A program made the translations under genes and the position numbers. 64,000 bases of DNA from Lachnospiraceae bacterium (GTDB lineage Bacteria; Bacillota; Clostridia; Lachnospirales; Lachnospiraceae). This document shows positions 45,590-54,000 of this stretch, piece after piece (the stretch's first letter is position 1; each line of letters starts with the position of its first letter). Location: NCBI GenBank assembly GCA_022769625.1, contig JALEJP010000055.1, positions 4,701 through 68,700 of the forward strand, in the 5' to 3' direction. The notes below the pieces were generated by a model. The model did not search any database. It was given only the letters and a program-made list of their open reading frames with translations, and was not told where the DNA came from.

Positions 45590-48235
45590 TTATAATGCCT
45601 TCCGATAAAGTTCTGCAATTTCCTCCTGTGTAAATACCACCGGATTGTTGGCAACTCCTGCTGCTGAAACTTTCATACAGTTTTCCGCCATCCACGGAAT
45701 ATCTTTTTCCTCGATACCCAGATCGGAGAGTGTCACCTCCATATCCAGATCACGCAGCAGCGTACGGATCTTGGGCGCACAGTCTTCTGCCGTGATACCG
45801 CCGAAAATTCTGGCGATTTTTGCATATTTAAAATGATTGCCTTTGTGGGATGCTTCAATCAGCACCGGTGTCAGTGCAGCAAGTCCCTGTCCGTGTACGA
45901 TGTCTTTCAGCCCGCTTGCCGGATGCTCCATGCCATGGGGCAGTGTAACACCTGCTGTGTTTATGACCATACCGCCGATGGTACTTGCCAGTGTGATCTT
46001 TTCCCAGGATTCCCTGGTTCCTTCCCCCCGGTAAACCTTCACCAGATTGTCTGCGATCAGTTCCATCGCATAGAGAGCGAGCGCATCCGTAAATGGCTGA
46101 GAAATTCTCGATGTATAAGCCTCCATGCTGTGGCACAGTGCGTCAAATCCAACGGATGCCAGTACTTTTTTGGGCATGGTCATCATGCATTCCGGATCAA
46201 CGATAGAAACCTTTGCTACGATGGCATTGCAGCGCAGAGATTTTTTATCTCCATTTTCCGGATTCGTAAGTACTGCGAAACCATTTCCCTCTGACCCGGT
46301 ACCGCAGGTAGTGGGAATGAGAATCAGCGGCAATGCTTTATCGCTTTTCTTACGATTGAAAATATAATCATTGACATCCCCCTCATTGACTGACAGGAAA
46401 GCAATGGCCTTTGCGCAGTCCATAATACTGCCGCCGCCGATTGCGACAACCATATCACATTCGTTTGTTCTGGCAAATGCCGCTCCCTCTTCGGCCGTGG
46501 TCGTAAGCGGATTCTGTTTTACTTTATCAAACAGTACGGATGTAATGCCGGAAGCCTTAAGGCTGTCTGCCACCCGGTCATAAAGTCCGGATTTTTTTGC
46601 ACTGCTTCGTCCTGTAACGATCAGCGCTTTTCTGCCGTAAGGTCTGGAAAGCTCGCCGACCTGGTTCACCTTGCCACATCCGAACACCACATTGACCGGT
46701 AGGAAATAGGAGAAGTTCATGTGTGTCTCTTCTTCCACTGCTTCCTCCGCACTTGCTGTCTCCAGAGCCTCTTCCAGGGCAACTTCCACCTCATCTTTTA
46801 CATCCTCATCATCCAGGGCAACATCAATGTGGGAGCCAAATTTCTCTCTGTACTTTGTTTTGCAAATCGCAAAGAATACCAGTCCCAGCAATGCCCAGCC
46901 GCCGGCCATCGCCCATTCCTGAACCACCAGTGCACTTCCGGAACCAGGAATCAGATACATGACCACCATAAAACCGGACATCAGCACGGCAATGGCACCA
47001 ACCAGTTTATAATGCTTTACCTTATAAGGTCTTGGCATACCCGGTTCCTTCGTTCTCAGGATAAGAAAAGAGACGGCAACCATACAGTATGCCAGACAGC
47101 AGCCAAAGTTACCGGCATCCACGATCCACACCAGCATCTTACGTCCTAACAGAGGAGCAAGAACAGACAATGCTCCGATCAGATACAGGGCATTCACCGG
47201 TGTCTTATATTTTTTGTGAAGCTTTGCAAATGTCTTTGGAATCATATAAGATTCTGCCATGGAATACATTGCGCGGCTTCCGCCGATCATGAAAGAATTC
47301 CAGCTGGTCACAATACCGCACATACCGCCGATGATCAGAACCTTCGCCATAATACTGCTGTTAAAAGCCTTTGCCATGGCATCTGCCGTAACCAGTCCGG
47401 ATCCTTCCATAGAAGCTGCGATCTCCGTGCTGTTCATCACAAAACCGACGCCAAGAATGATCAGACCGTAAAATGCCACTGCCAGCACAATGGAAAGAAT
47501 CATCATTTTTCCGATTTTCTTAAGCGGAACATTGATTTCCTCCGCTGCCTGCGGAATTACATCAAAGCCGATGAAGAAAAACGGAGTCATAATTGCAACG
47601 CTCATAATGGATTTCAGGATGGAACCGGTGGATTCCCCCACAAAAATCTGATCCTGCAGATTGGATACATTACCGGTTATTGCAGAAGCCACGATAAGCA
47701 GAATACCCACTCCGCCGATGATAACCGTCAGAACTGTCTGAAGAGTGGCTGCCGTTTTGGCACCGCGGATATTGATATAGGTAATAAATACTGCCATAAT
47801 CATGGCAACTGCCAGCCAGGAAGCATAGATATCAAAACCTGCAACCGTATAAAGATATCCTTTCAGAAAGCCCGGATAAATATAGGTGACGATCGTTGGC
47901 AGCGCACATGCCTCGAAACATACCACACTGACATAGCCAAGAATGATGGCCCAGGTACAGATAAAGGAACCAATGGGTCCCATCGCCTTATAACTGAACA
48001 CGTGTTCCCCGCCGCACTGAGGCATGGCTGCTGTCAGCTCTGCATACGTCAGTCCAACGAAAAATATCATCACGCCACCGATGGCGAAGCCTAACACGGC
48101 TCCGATTACACCGCCGCGGCCGACCCAATCACCCGTGGATACCACCCAGCCCCAACCAATCATGGCACCGAACGCGATAACCAGAATGTCCCACGCACTG
48201 AAGACTTTTTCAAACTCTGATTTCTTTTTTTCCAT
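45590..48235 (-). CDS. natural fusion: APC-superfamily amino acid/amine permease (N, ~470 aa) + iron-containing alcohol dehydrogenase (C, 376 aa)
   Basis: A single 881-aa frame. It has ~12 TM helices (AFGAMIGWGWVV.., GGEHVFSYKAMGP), an acidic linker (DDEDVKDEVEVALEEALETASAEEAVEEE), then an Fe-ADH domain from the Met at 46720 (VAIGGGSIMDCAKA, TTCGTGSE, LPHGMEHPASG). RBS AGGAGG lies before 48235. Confidence 0.85.
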   Translation of the reverse strand: MEKKKSEFEKVFSAWDILVIAFGAMIGWGWVVSTGDWVGRGGVIGAVLGFAIGGVMIFFVGLTYAELTAAMPQCGGEHVFSYKAMGPIGSFICTWAIILGYVSVVCFEACALPTIVTYIYPGFLKGYLYTVAGFDIYASWLAVAMIMAVFITYINIRGAKTAATLQTVLTVIIGGVGILLIVASAITGNVSNLQDQIFVGESTGSILKSIMSVAIMTPFFFIGFDVIPQAAEEINVPLKKIGKMMILSIVLAVAFYGLIILGVGFVMNSTEIAASMEGSGLVTADAMAKAFNSSIMAKVLIIGGMCGIVTSWNSFMIGGSRAMYSMAESYMIPKTFAKLHKKYKTPVNALYLIGALSVLAPLLGRKMLVWIVDAGNFGCCLAYCMVAVSFLILRTKEPGMPRPYKVKHYKLVGAIAVLMSGFMVVMYLIPGSGSALVVQEWAMAGGWALLGLVFFAICKTKYREKFGSHIDVALDDEDVKDEVEVALEEALETASAEEAVEEETHMNFSYFLPVNVVFGCGKVNQVGELSRPYGRKALIVTGRSSAKKSGLYDRVADSLKASGITSVLFDKVKQNPLTTTAEEGAAFARTNECDMVVAIGGGSIMDCAKAIAFLSVNEGDVNDYIFNRKKSDKALPLILIPTTCGTGSEGNGFAVLTNPENGDKKSLRCNAIVAKVSIVDPECMMTMPKKVLASVGFDALCHSMEAYTSRISQPFTDALALYAMELIADNLVKVYRGEGTRESWEKITLASTIGGMVINTAGVTLPHGMEHPASGLKDIVHGQGLAALTPVLIEASHKGNHFKYAKIARIFGGITAEDCAPKIRTLLRDLDMEVTLSDLGIEEKDIPWMAENCMKVSAAGVANNPVVFTQEEIAELYRKAL

Positions 48236-48354
48236 ATTTTCCTCCTAAAAAAGGATGTTAAACAACTGTCCGCATGACAGCTCTTTAACACCCTTGTTAA
48301 AACTTCTTCTGATGACAAAGCGAATGTATCACAATTCGCTTTGCCACACAGTAC

Positions 48355-48948
48355 TTATGATTCAAATTTCAGATCAATCAACTGCATAATATATTTTGCT
48401 GTTTTCTCCAGTCCCAGCACACTGCTGTCAATCATCATATGGCGCAGATGGCGGTCACCCCGGTTGGTTCCGGCCATATACTCATATCTGGAATGCAGCA
48501 TGCTCTCATTGTATTTTACAAGCTCTTCCGCTTCTTTTCTGGAAAGATTCTGGCTTTCCATCATATGACGAACACGAAATTCCTCCGGCGCATAAATGAA
48601 GATATTCAGGCAGTTTTCCATATCCTTCAGAATATAGTTGCTGCATCTTCCGATAATCACACAGGAGGATTTCTTTGCAAATTTCTGAATTACCTCAAAC
48701 TGTGTATAGATCACACGGTTTGTCAGATTTGCATACCTGGGACCAAGCTTCGTCTCAAACTCATATTTCACGTTATTGCCGGAATCCGCTTTTTCCACCA
48801 GTTCCCGGTCTACGCCCAGCTTATCCACTACTTTATCTACCAGATCACGGTCATAATACTCAATTCCCATGGATTTCGCGATCATTTTGCCGATTTCCGG
48901 GCCTCCGCTTCCATACTCACAGCCTATTGTCACTACGAAATGTTTCAT
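48355..48948 (-). CDS. cytidylate-kinase-like (AAA) family protein
   Basis: MKHFVVTIGCEYGSGGPEIGKMIAKSMGIEYYDRDLV is the typical N-terminus of this family. ATG at 48948 with RBS AGGAGAG. Confidence 0.75.
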   Translation of the reverse strand: MKHFVVTIGCEYGSGGPEIGKMIAKSMGIEYYDRDLVDKVVDKLGVDRELVEKADSGNNVKYEFETKLGPRYANLTNRVIYTQFEVIQKFAKKSSCVIIGRCSNYILKDMENCLNIFIYAPEEFRVRHMMESQNLSRKEAEELVKYNESMLHSRYEYMAGTNRGDRHLRHMMIDSSVLGLEKTAKYIMQLIDLKFES

Positions 48949-49028
48949 CTGTTTCTCTCCTATCATTGAAGGCCACAACCAGAAGATTCGTTTCCCTCCG
49001 TTTTTTCCTGGCTGTCCTGTTTTTCTTT

Positions 49029-50243
49029 TTATGACAGTGCTTCCACTGATTCTCTGATGATCTCGTACGCCTTATCACAGTCCGCTTCGGTGAGAATCAG
49101 CGGCGGAACCATACGGATCACACGGCTGCCGATTGCTGTAATCAGCAGCTTCCGTTCTAAGCATCCATGCTTTACATCCACACTGTTGATTGTCTCATCA
49201 AATTCCACACCGACCAGAAGTCCCTGTCCTCTGACCTCTTTTACATGGGGAAGTCCCTTCAGTTTTTCCATAAAGTAAGCCCCCATCTTTTTCGCATTGC
49301 CTGCCAGATCACGATCCAGCAGTTCCGTTACCTCTGCCAGTGCCGCAGCACAGCATACCGGATGTCCGCCAAACGTGGTTCCATGGGATCCTGCGGTAAA
49401 TGCCTTTGCCACTTCTTCCGTTGCGCAGATTGCTCCGATCGGCATTCCGCCGCCCATTGCTTTTGCCATCGATACGATATCCGGTTTGATTCCATAATTC
49501 ATATAGGACATGACCGCCCCTGTTCTGCACCATCCGGTCTGTACCTCGTCCAGAAGAAGCAAAATGCCCTTCTCATCACAGAACTCTCTAAGTCCGGTCA
49601 TAAATTCCTGTGTAGCCGGATGAACTCCGCCCTCTCCCTGTACCGGTTCGATCATAATAGCGATGGTATTTTCCGTACATGCATCTTTAAATGCCTGCAG
49701 ATTATTGTATTCCGCATAGGTGAAGCCTGGTACCATTCCGCCAAATCCGATCTGGCATGCATTGTCCGGCTGTCCGGTTGCACTCATGGCCCCAAAAGTT
49801 CTTCCATGGAAGGACATGGCTGCAGTCACGATATTATATTTATGAGGACCATATTTCTCAACGCCATATTTACGTGCCATTTTGATCATGGCCTCATTCG
49901 CCTCCGTACCGGAATTCTGATAAAAAATCTTGTCCATTCCGATGGTGGTGCATACTTTTTCCGCCAGCAGAGCCTGAGGAATGGTGTACGGATAGTTGAA
50001 GGTCTGCATCAGATCTGCTGCCTGTTCCTGTACCGCTGCCACTACTTTTTCATTGCAGTTTCCAGCAGAATTTACAGCAATACCTGCATAGAAGTCAAGA
50101 TATGGTGTACCATTCTCGTCATACAGATACATATCCTTTCCTGTCTCTGCCAGAAAATCGAAACGCTCATAGGTTTCAATCATATATTTATTTACTTTGT
50201 CCTTGATATCCTGTGCTGTGAAGCCTGTGTCTTTTAATTTCAT
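49029..50243 (-). CDS. class-III PLP aminotransferase (acetylornithine/omega-amine type, 404 aa)
   Basis: GTEANE, DEVQTGWCRTG and the PLP lysine block DIVSMAKAMGGGMPIGA. ATG at 50243 follows CAGGAGGAG. Confidence 0.85.
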   Translation of the reverse strand: MKLKDTGFTAQDIKDKVNKYMIETYERFDFLAETGKDMYLYDENGTPYLDFYAGIAVNSAGNCNEKVVAAVQEQAADLMQTFNYPYTIPQALLAEKVCTTIGMDKIFYQNSGTEANEAMIKMARKYGVEKYGPHKYNIVTAAMSFHGRTFGAMSATGQPDNACQIGFGGMVPGFTYAEYNNLQAFKDACTENTIAIMIEPVQGEGGVHPATQEFMTGLREFCDEKGILLLLDEVQTGWCRTGAVMSYMNYGIKPDIVSMAKAMGGGMPIGAICATEEVAKAFTAGSHGTTFGGHPVCCAAALAEVTELLDRDLAGNAKKMGAYFMEKLKGLPHVKEVRGQGLLVGVEFDETINSVDVKHGCLERKLLITAIGSRVIRMVPPLILTEADCDKAYEIIRESVEALS

Positions 50244-50287
50244 AATTTCTCCTCCTGAATCCTGTTCTGAAAGCAGTTCCTGCACTG

Positions 50288-50314
50288 AAAAAGGCGCTTA
50301 CAAACGTAAGCGCC
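50288..50314 (-). terminator. intrinsic terminator after the XRE-cupin gene, lying inside the leader of the downstream aminotransferase
   Basis: Minus strand reads GGCGCTTAC gttt GTAAGCGCC TTTTT, a perfect 9-bp stem 45 nt upstream of the ATG at 50243. Confidence 0.75.
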
Positions 50315-50347
50315 TTTGCTTTCATGTCTTTTATATTGGATGCATAT

Positions 50348-50376
50348 ACAATATCACATGCAATTTAAAATGTCAA
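50348..50376 (-). promoter_or_regulatory. candidate promoter (TTGACA-17-TGaTATTGT, extended -10) upstream of the leader terminator
   Basis: On the minus strand, TTGACA is the complement of 50371-50376 and TATTGT the complement of 50348-50353, with a TG one nucleotide upstream of the -10. Confidence 0.55.
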
Positions 50377-50563
50377 TAGGCGATTTAATTTTTGATTTTC
50401 CCTTGTTTTTCATATGTTTCGGAAACTTCAAAGGTCAGCCATGTACTTTTATTCATTTCTTTTGTCCATTATATTGAACACGTTTTTCACATCCAATATT
50501 CCACTTCAAAAGATACGAAGGCTTCTTTCAGAAAGATCTGGTGACTCTTTCCCCGTCCCCGCC

Positions 50564-51118
50564 TCAGTGATAATCCAGGAAAAAACAGATAAAACTGCTT
50601 CTGTTTTCTCCTTCGTTGCGATAGCTGTGCATCTGATCCGTTTCGAACCGAAAAACATCATCCCGACCGATCTGATGCCTTTCCCCATTGCACTCAATGG
50701 TTACTTCACCTTCCAGCACCGTAATATACTCTCTTGTTTTCTCTCCATGCCCACCGCTCATATATCTGCATCCGGGTTCGATCTCAATCCGGTAAATCTC
50801 AGCCATACGGTTATCTTCATATGGAAAGCAGGTCCAGACACGATACTCTCCTTCCACTTCTTTGGTCGGTACGGTATCTGTAACCTTAACAAGACAGGAA
50901 TCAAGCGGCGGAGGACCAGTAAGCTCCTGAAAGGGAATCCTCAGCCCGCTGGTGATTTTTCCGAGAACACCCAGGGACGGATTGGCGCTGCCTTTTTCGA
51001 TCTGTGCAAGCATACTCTTGCTCACACCTGTCTGTTCCGCAGCTACGTCCAGACTCATCCCCTTGGATGTACGGATTCTTTTCAGATTGACTGCAACATT
51101 GTAATTCAGATAATCCAC
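50564..51118 (-). CDS. XRE-family HTH + cupin transcriptional regulator (PuuR-like architecture)
   Basis: N-terminal HTH_3 (LKRIRTSKGMSLDVAAEQTGVSKSMLAQIEKG) followed by a C-terminal cupin barrel (GGHGEKTREYITVLEGEVTIE). Confidence 0.82.
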   Translation of the reverse strand: MDYLNYNVAVNLKRIRTSKGMSLDVAAEQTGVSKSMLAQIEKGSANPSLGVLGKITSGLRIPFQELTGPPPLDSCLVKVTDTVPTKEVEGEYRVWTCFPYEDNRMAEIYRIEIEPGCRYMSGGHGEKTREYITVLEGEVTIECNGERHQIGRDDVFRFETDQMHSYRNEGENRSSFICFFLDYH

Positions 51119-51162
51119 CCTTTGCCCTCCTGTTTCCCACTTAAAAATGAGCTTTTGTCTTC

Positions 51163-51191
51163 ATTATACCCCGACTTTTTTCCAGGCTCAA
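51163..51191 (-). promoter_or_regulatory. candidate promoter of the XRE-cupin gene (TTGAGC-17-TATAAT)
   Basis: On the minus strand, TTGAGC is the complement of 51186-51191 and TATAAT the complement of 51163-51168, spaced 17 nt. Confidence 0.6.
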
Positions 51192-51221
51192 GCCAAAAAT
51201 GGATGTCATCTGACCTGTCCT

Positions 51222-52574
51222 TTACATACAGTCCGCCACTGCTTTTTCAAAAATGTCAAGTCCTGCCTCCAGCTGCTCATCCGTCATCACAAGCGGTGCA
51301 AGGAAACGAATGACATTCCCATAAGTACCTGCGCCTTCCACCATCAATCCGTTTTGTGCACATTCTGCAATTACTTTTCCTGTCAGTTCCGGTGCCGGTT
51401 CTTTTGATTCCTGATCCTTTACAAACTCAATACCGATCATACCGCCAAGTCCTCTCACATCTCCGATCACCGGATATTTCTCCATCATCTGACGGTAACG
51501 CGCCATAACCTTTTCCCCGATTTCACAGGAACGTTCTGCCAGATGGTCACGTTCCATGATCTCAATGGTCTTCAGGGATGCTGCACAGGCCAGCGGATTT
51601 CCGCAGTAGGTACCGCCGATGCTGCCCGGTGCCGCTGCATCCATAATCTCCGCTCTGGCAATGATTGCAGAAAGTGGAACACCGGCTGCAATGGATTTTG
51701 CCGTGGTAATGATATCCGGCTGTACACCTGCCTCTTTCCAGTACTCAGAAGCAAACATTCTTCCCGTTCTGCAGAAGCCACTTTGAACTTCGTCCGCAAT
51801 CAGAAGAATTCCATGCTGATCGCAAAGTGCACGCACCGCTTTTACCCATTCGATGGGGGCCGGAATAAATCCTCCTTCTCCCTGCAGAGGTTCCACCACA
51901 ATGGCGGCAATCGTATCTGCAGCCGCGCACTGCTCAAATACATCTTCAATGGATTTCATGTAGTAATCCAGAGCTTTTTCCTTTGGCATTCCTTCCGGAT
52001 TTCTATAATAGTATGGAAACTGTGCGCGAAACACCCCGTTTGCCAAAGGTCCCATGCCTGCCGCATATGCCTTCTTGGAAGTCATTGTCATAGTCAGGAA
52101 CGTTCTTCCGTGGAACGCCCCGGAAAACACGATGATATTGGGACGTTTTGTAAAGGATTTCGCAACCTTCACCGCATTTTCATCGGCCTCGGCACCGCTG
52201 TTTGCAAAATAGGCTTTCTTTTTTTCTCCCTTCACCGGAGCAATCTGCGCCAGTTTTTCCGCCAGTGCAATGTAGCCTTCGTGAGTCACGACATTGATCA
52301 TCCCATGAAAATAGTGATCCGCCTGCGCTTTCACGGCTTCCACAACCTCCGGCTGGGAATATCCGATATTCAAAACACCAACTCCTCCGATCCAGTCCAG
52401 AAATTTATTTCCGTCCACGTCCTCAATCATCGCACCCTCGCCGCGCGCAATCACAACCGGATAGGAACATCCGATGGCATTCGGAATCGCCTCTTTTCTT
52501 CTATTGATCATCTCCTGCGCTTTCGGTCCCGGAAGCGTCTCTGTAATTATTTTCGGTAAATCTGTTCTAAGCAT
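51222..52574 (-). CDS. class-III PLP aminotransferase, 4-aminobutyrate aminotransferase-like (450 aa)
   Basis: LPGPKAQEMINRR, GAEADENAVK, DEVQSGFCRTG and the PLP lysine block IITTAKSIAAGVPL. GGGAGG lies 7 nt before the ATG at 52574; the ATG at 52580 is an alternative. The track start 52805 is an upstream extension through the leader. Confidence 0.85.
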   Translation of the reverse strand: MLRTDLPKIITETLPGPKAQEMINRRKEAIPNAIGCSYPVVIARGEGAMIEDVDGNKFLDWIGGVGVLNIGYSQPEVVEAVKAQADHYFHGMINVVTHEGYIALAEKLAQIAPVKGEKKKAYFANSGAEADENAVKVAKSFTKRPNIIVFSGAFHGRTFLTMTMTSKKAYAAGMGPLANGVFRAQFPYYYRNPEGMPKEKALDYYMKSIEDVFEQCAAADTIAAIVVEPLQGEGGFIPAPIEWVKAVRALCDQHGILLIADEVQSGFCRTGRMFASEYWKEAGVQPDIITTAKSIAAGVPLSAIIARAEIMDAAAPGSIGGTYCGNPLACAASLKTIEIMERDHLAERSCEIGEKVMARYRQMMEKYPVIGDVRGLGGMIGIEFVKDQESKEPAPELTGKVIAECAQNGLMVEGAGTYGNVIRFLAPLVMTDEQLEAGLDIFEKAVADCM

Positions 52575-52655
52575 ATCCATTCCTCCCAATCTTTTCCTCG
52601 CCGTCATAAACTGCAGAGCCTGCCGCTGGCAGCTGCTGCAGATGTATGGTAACGC

Positions 52656-52687
52656 AAAAAAACAAGGGGTGCAGAGCACTTCCTTGT
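52656..52687 (-). terminator. terminator-like hairpin in the 5' leader of the GabT-like gene (candidate attenuator)
   Basis: Minus strand reads ACAAGG aa GTGC tct GCAC c CCTTGT TTTTTTT. No minus-strand gene lies upstream for it to terminate. Confidence 0.5.
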
Positions 52688-52843
52688 CCTTCGTGGGTTC
52701 AGTATGCCATATTTTTTCTCTTTCTTCTATGGGATGAAAGCACAATTCTCTTTTCATCCTTTGTGCTCCATGCACAGTTTTTGTTGACTTTTCTTCGCTG
52801 TTCATGCTATCCTTTTGAAAAACTTATGCAGGGAGGAATTTTT

Positions 52844-53998
52844 ATGGCATTATCACTTCGTCGGATTTTCCAGGAGACCAGGCACAGATATCATCTGGAA
52901 CTGGTCTGCGGAGAAGAGGGGCTGGACAATATTATGAGCTGGGTTTATATCTCGGAGGATATACACACCTCTGATTTTCTCCAGGGCGGCGAACTGATCA
53001 TTACGACCGGTGTCAGCGGACATCAGAGCAGTAGCTGGCTTTCCCGTCTGATCTGCACGCTGATTGCCCACAATACCTGCGGACTGATCCTGAATATCGG
53101 CCCTTACATCAAGCGGGAAGATATTTCCGATGAAATCCTTTCTCTCTGTAAACAGGCAAATTTCCCTCTTTTTGTCATGCCATGGAACATTCGCATCGCT
53201 GATATCACCCACGATTATTACGAGAGGATCTTCCGCGACACACAGACGGAAACTGCGATTACGGATGCCTTTCAGGAACTGCTTTTTTGCCGCAATGCGG
53301 AACACGGACTGGCTGTCCTTCAGTCAAACGGCTTTCCGGATACGCTGACCTACGAGATCTGCTGTCTGCGGTATGAGTCTGCTCCCTCCCTCTTTTTTCC
53401 GGTTCTGAAACGCCAGCTGAAAACTCTTCATCCATCCTTCCATCTGTGCCGCATGGAACAGAACTTGCTGATCATTGCCCCCGGCATACCACAGGATCAG
53501 ATGATATCTGCTGTCACTTCCATGGAAGAAGATCTTCTGGCGCGTTTCCCGAATCTTTTGCTTTACGCAGGAATCGGAAGCACCGCAGCTTCGCTTTCGG
53601 AACTTTCCCGCAGTTATTTCCAGGCAAAAGCCGCAGCTGCCATGGCGGCACACAGCAAATGTTCCCTGTACTGTTTTGAGCATATGGGTTTTTTCAAAAT
53701 ACTTTTTTCTGTGAATGACCGCCGTGTTCTGGAATCCTATGTACAGGAGAAACTGGGTGTTCTCATTGAAAACGACCAGACGCATCACACCGGTTACATG
53801 GATACTCTGCATCAGTACCTGATCTGCGGCGGAAGTATACAGAAAATTGCGGCGGCACTTTTCTGCCACCGCAATACCATCAGCTACCGTATTCGTATTA
53901 TAAAAGAAGAATTCGGATATGACCTGGATGACGGCCATGCATGTTTTGAACTGACTGCCGCATTTGAGATTCTGGAATATCTCAGAATACTCCGATAA
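52844..53998 (+). CDS. PucR family transcriptional regulator
   Basis: N-terminal PurC-like domain (GGELIITTG) and a C-terminal HTH (CHRNTISYRIRIIKEEFGYDLDD). GGGAGGA lies before the ATG at 52844. Divergent from the GabT-like gene. Confidence 0.85.
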   Translation: MALSLRRIFQETRHRYHLELVCGEEGLDNIMSWVYISEDIHTSDFLQGGELIITTGVSGHQSSSWLSRLICTLIAHNTCGLILNIGPYIKREDISDEILSLCKQANFPLFVMPWNIRIADITHDYYERIFRDTQTETAITDAFQELLFCRNAEHGLAVLQSNGFPDTLTYEICCLRYESAPSLFFPVLKRQLKTLHPSFHLCRMEQNLLIIAPGIPQDQMISAVTSMEEDLLARFPNLLLYAGIGSTAASLSELSRSYFQAKAAAAMAAHSKCSLYCFEHMGFFKILFSVNDRRVLESYVQEKLGVLIENDQTHHTGYMDTLHQYLICGGSIQKIAAALFCHRNTISYRIRIIKEEFGYDLDDGHACFELTAAFEILEYLRILR

Positions 53999-54000
53999 TG

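Noticed and set aside
47216-48094. A 292-aa plus-strand ORF. Analogous ORFs lie at 49167-50237 (356 aa), 51543-52559 (338 aa), 50414-51313 (299 aa) and 53324-54112 (262 aa, minus strand).
   Set aside because: Each is the mirror frame of a confidently identified gene: the permease-ADH fusion, the two aminotransferases, the XRE-cupin regulator and the PucR regulator. Their compositions are typical of antisense frames.
48250-48345. Two hairpins (AAAGCGAAT/ATTCGCTTT, and GTTAAA..CTGTC/GACAG..TTTAAC followed by U6) in front of the permease-ADH RBS.
   Set aside because: They may be a weak terminator after the kinase-like gene or a leader structure. The stems are short and AT-rich, and I cannot tell these possibilities apart from sequence alone. 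They are mentioned only as context for the leader-terminator findings.
52581-52805. The 75-aa N-terminal extension of the GabT-like ORF (MNSEEKSTKTVHG...).
   Set aside because: Aminotransferase homology starts at MLRTDLPKII, and a GGGAGG RBS precedes that start. The extension runs through a terminator-like hairpin and palindromes, which is better explained as a leader RNA.
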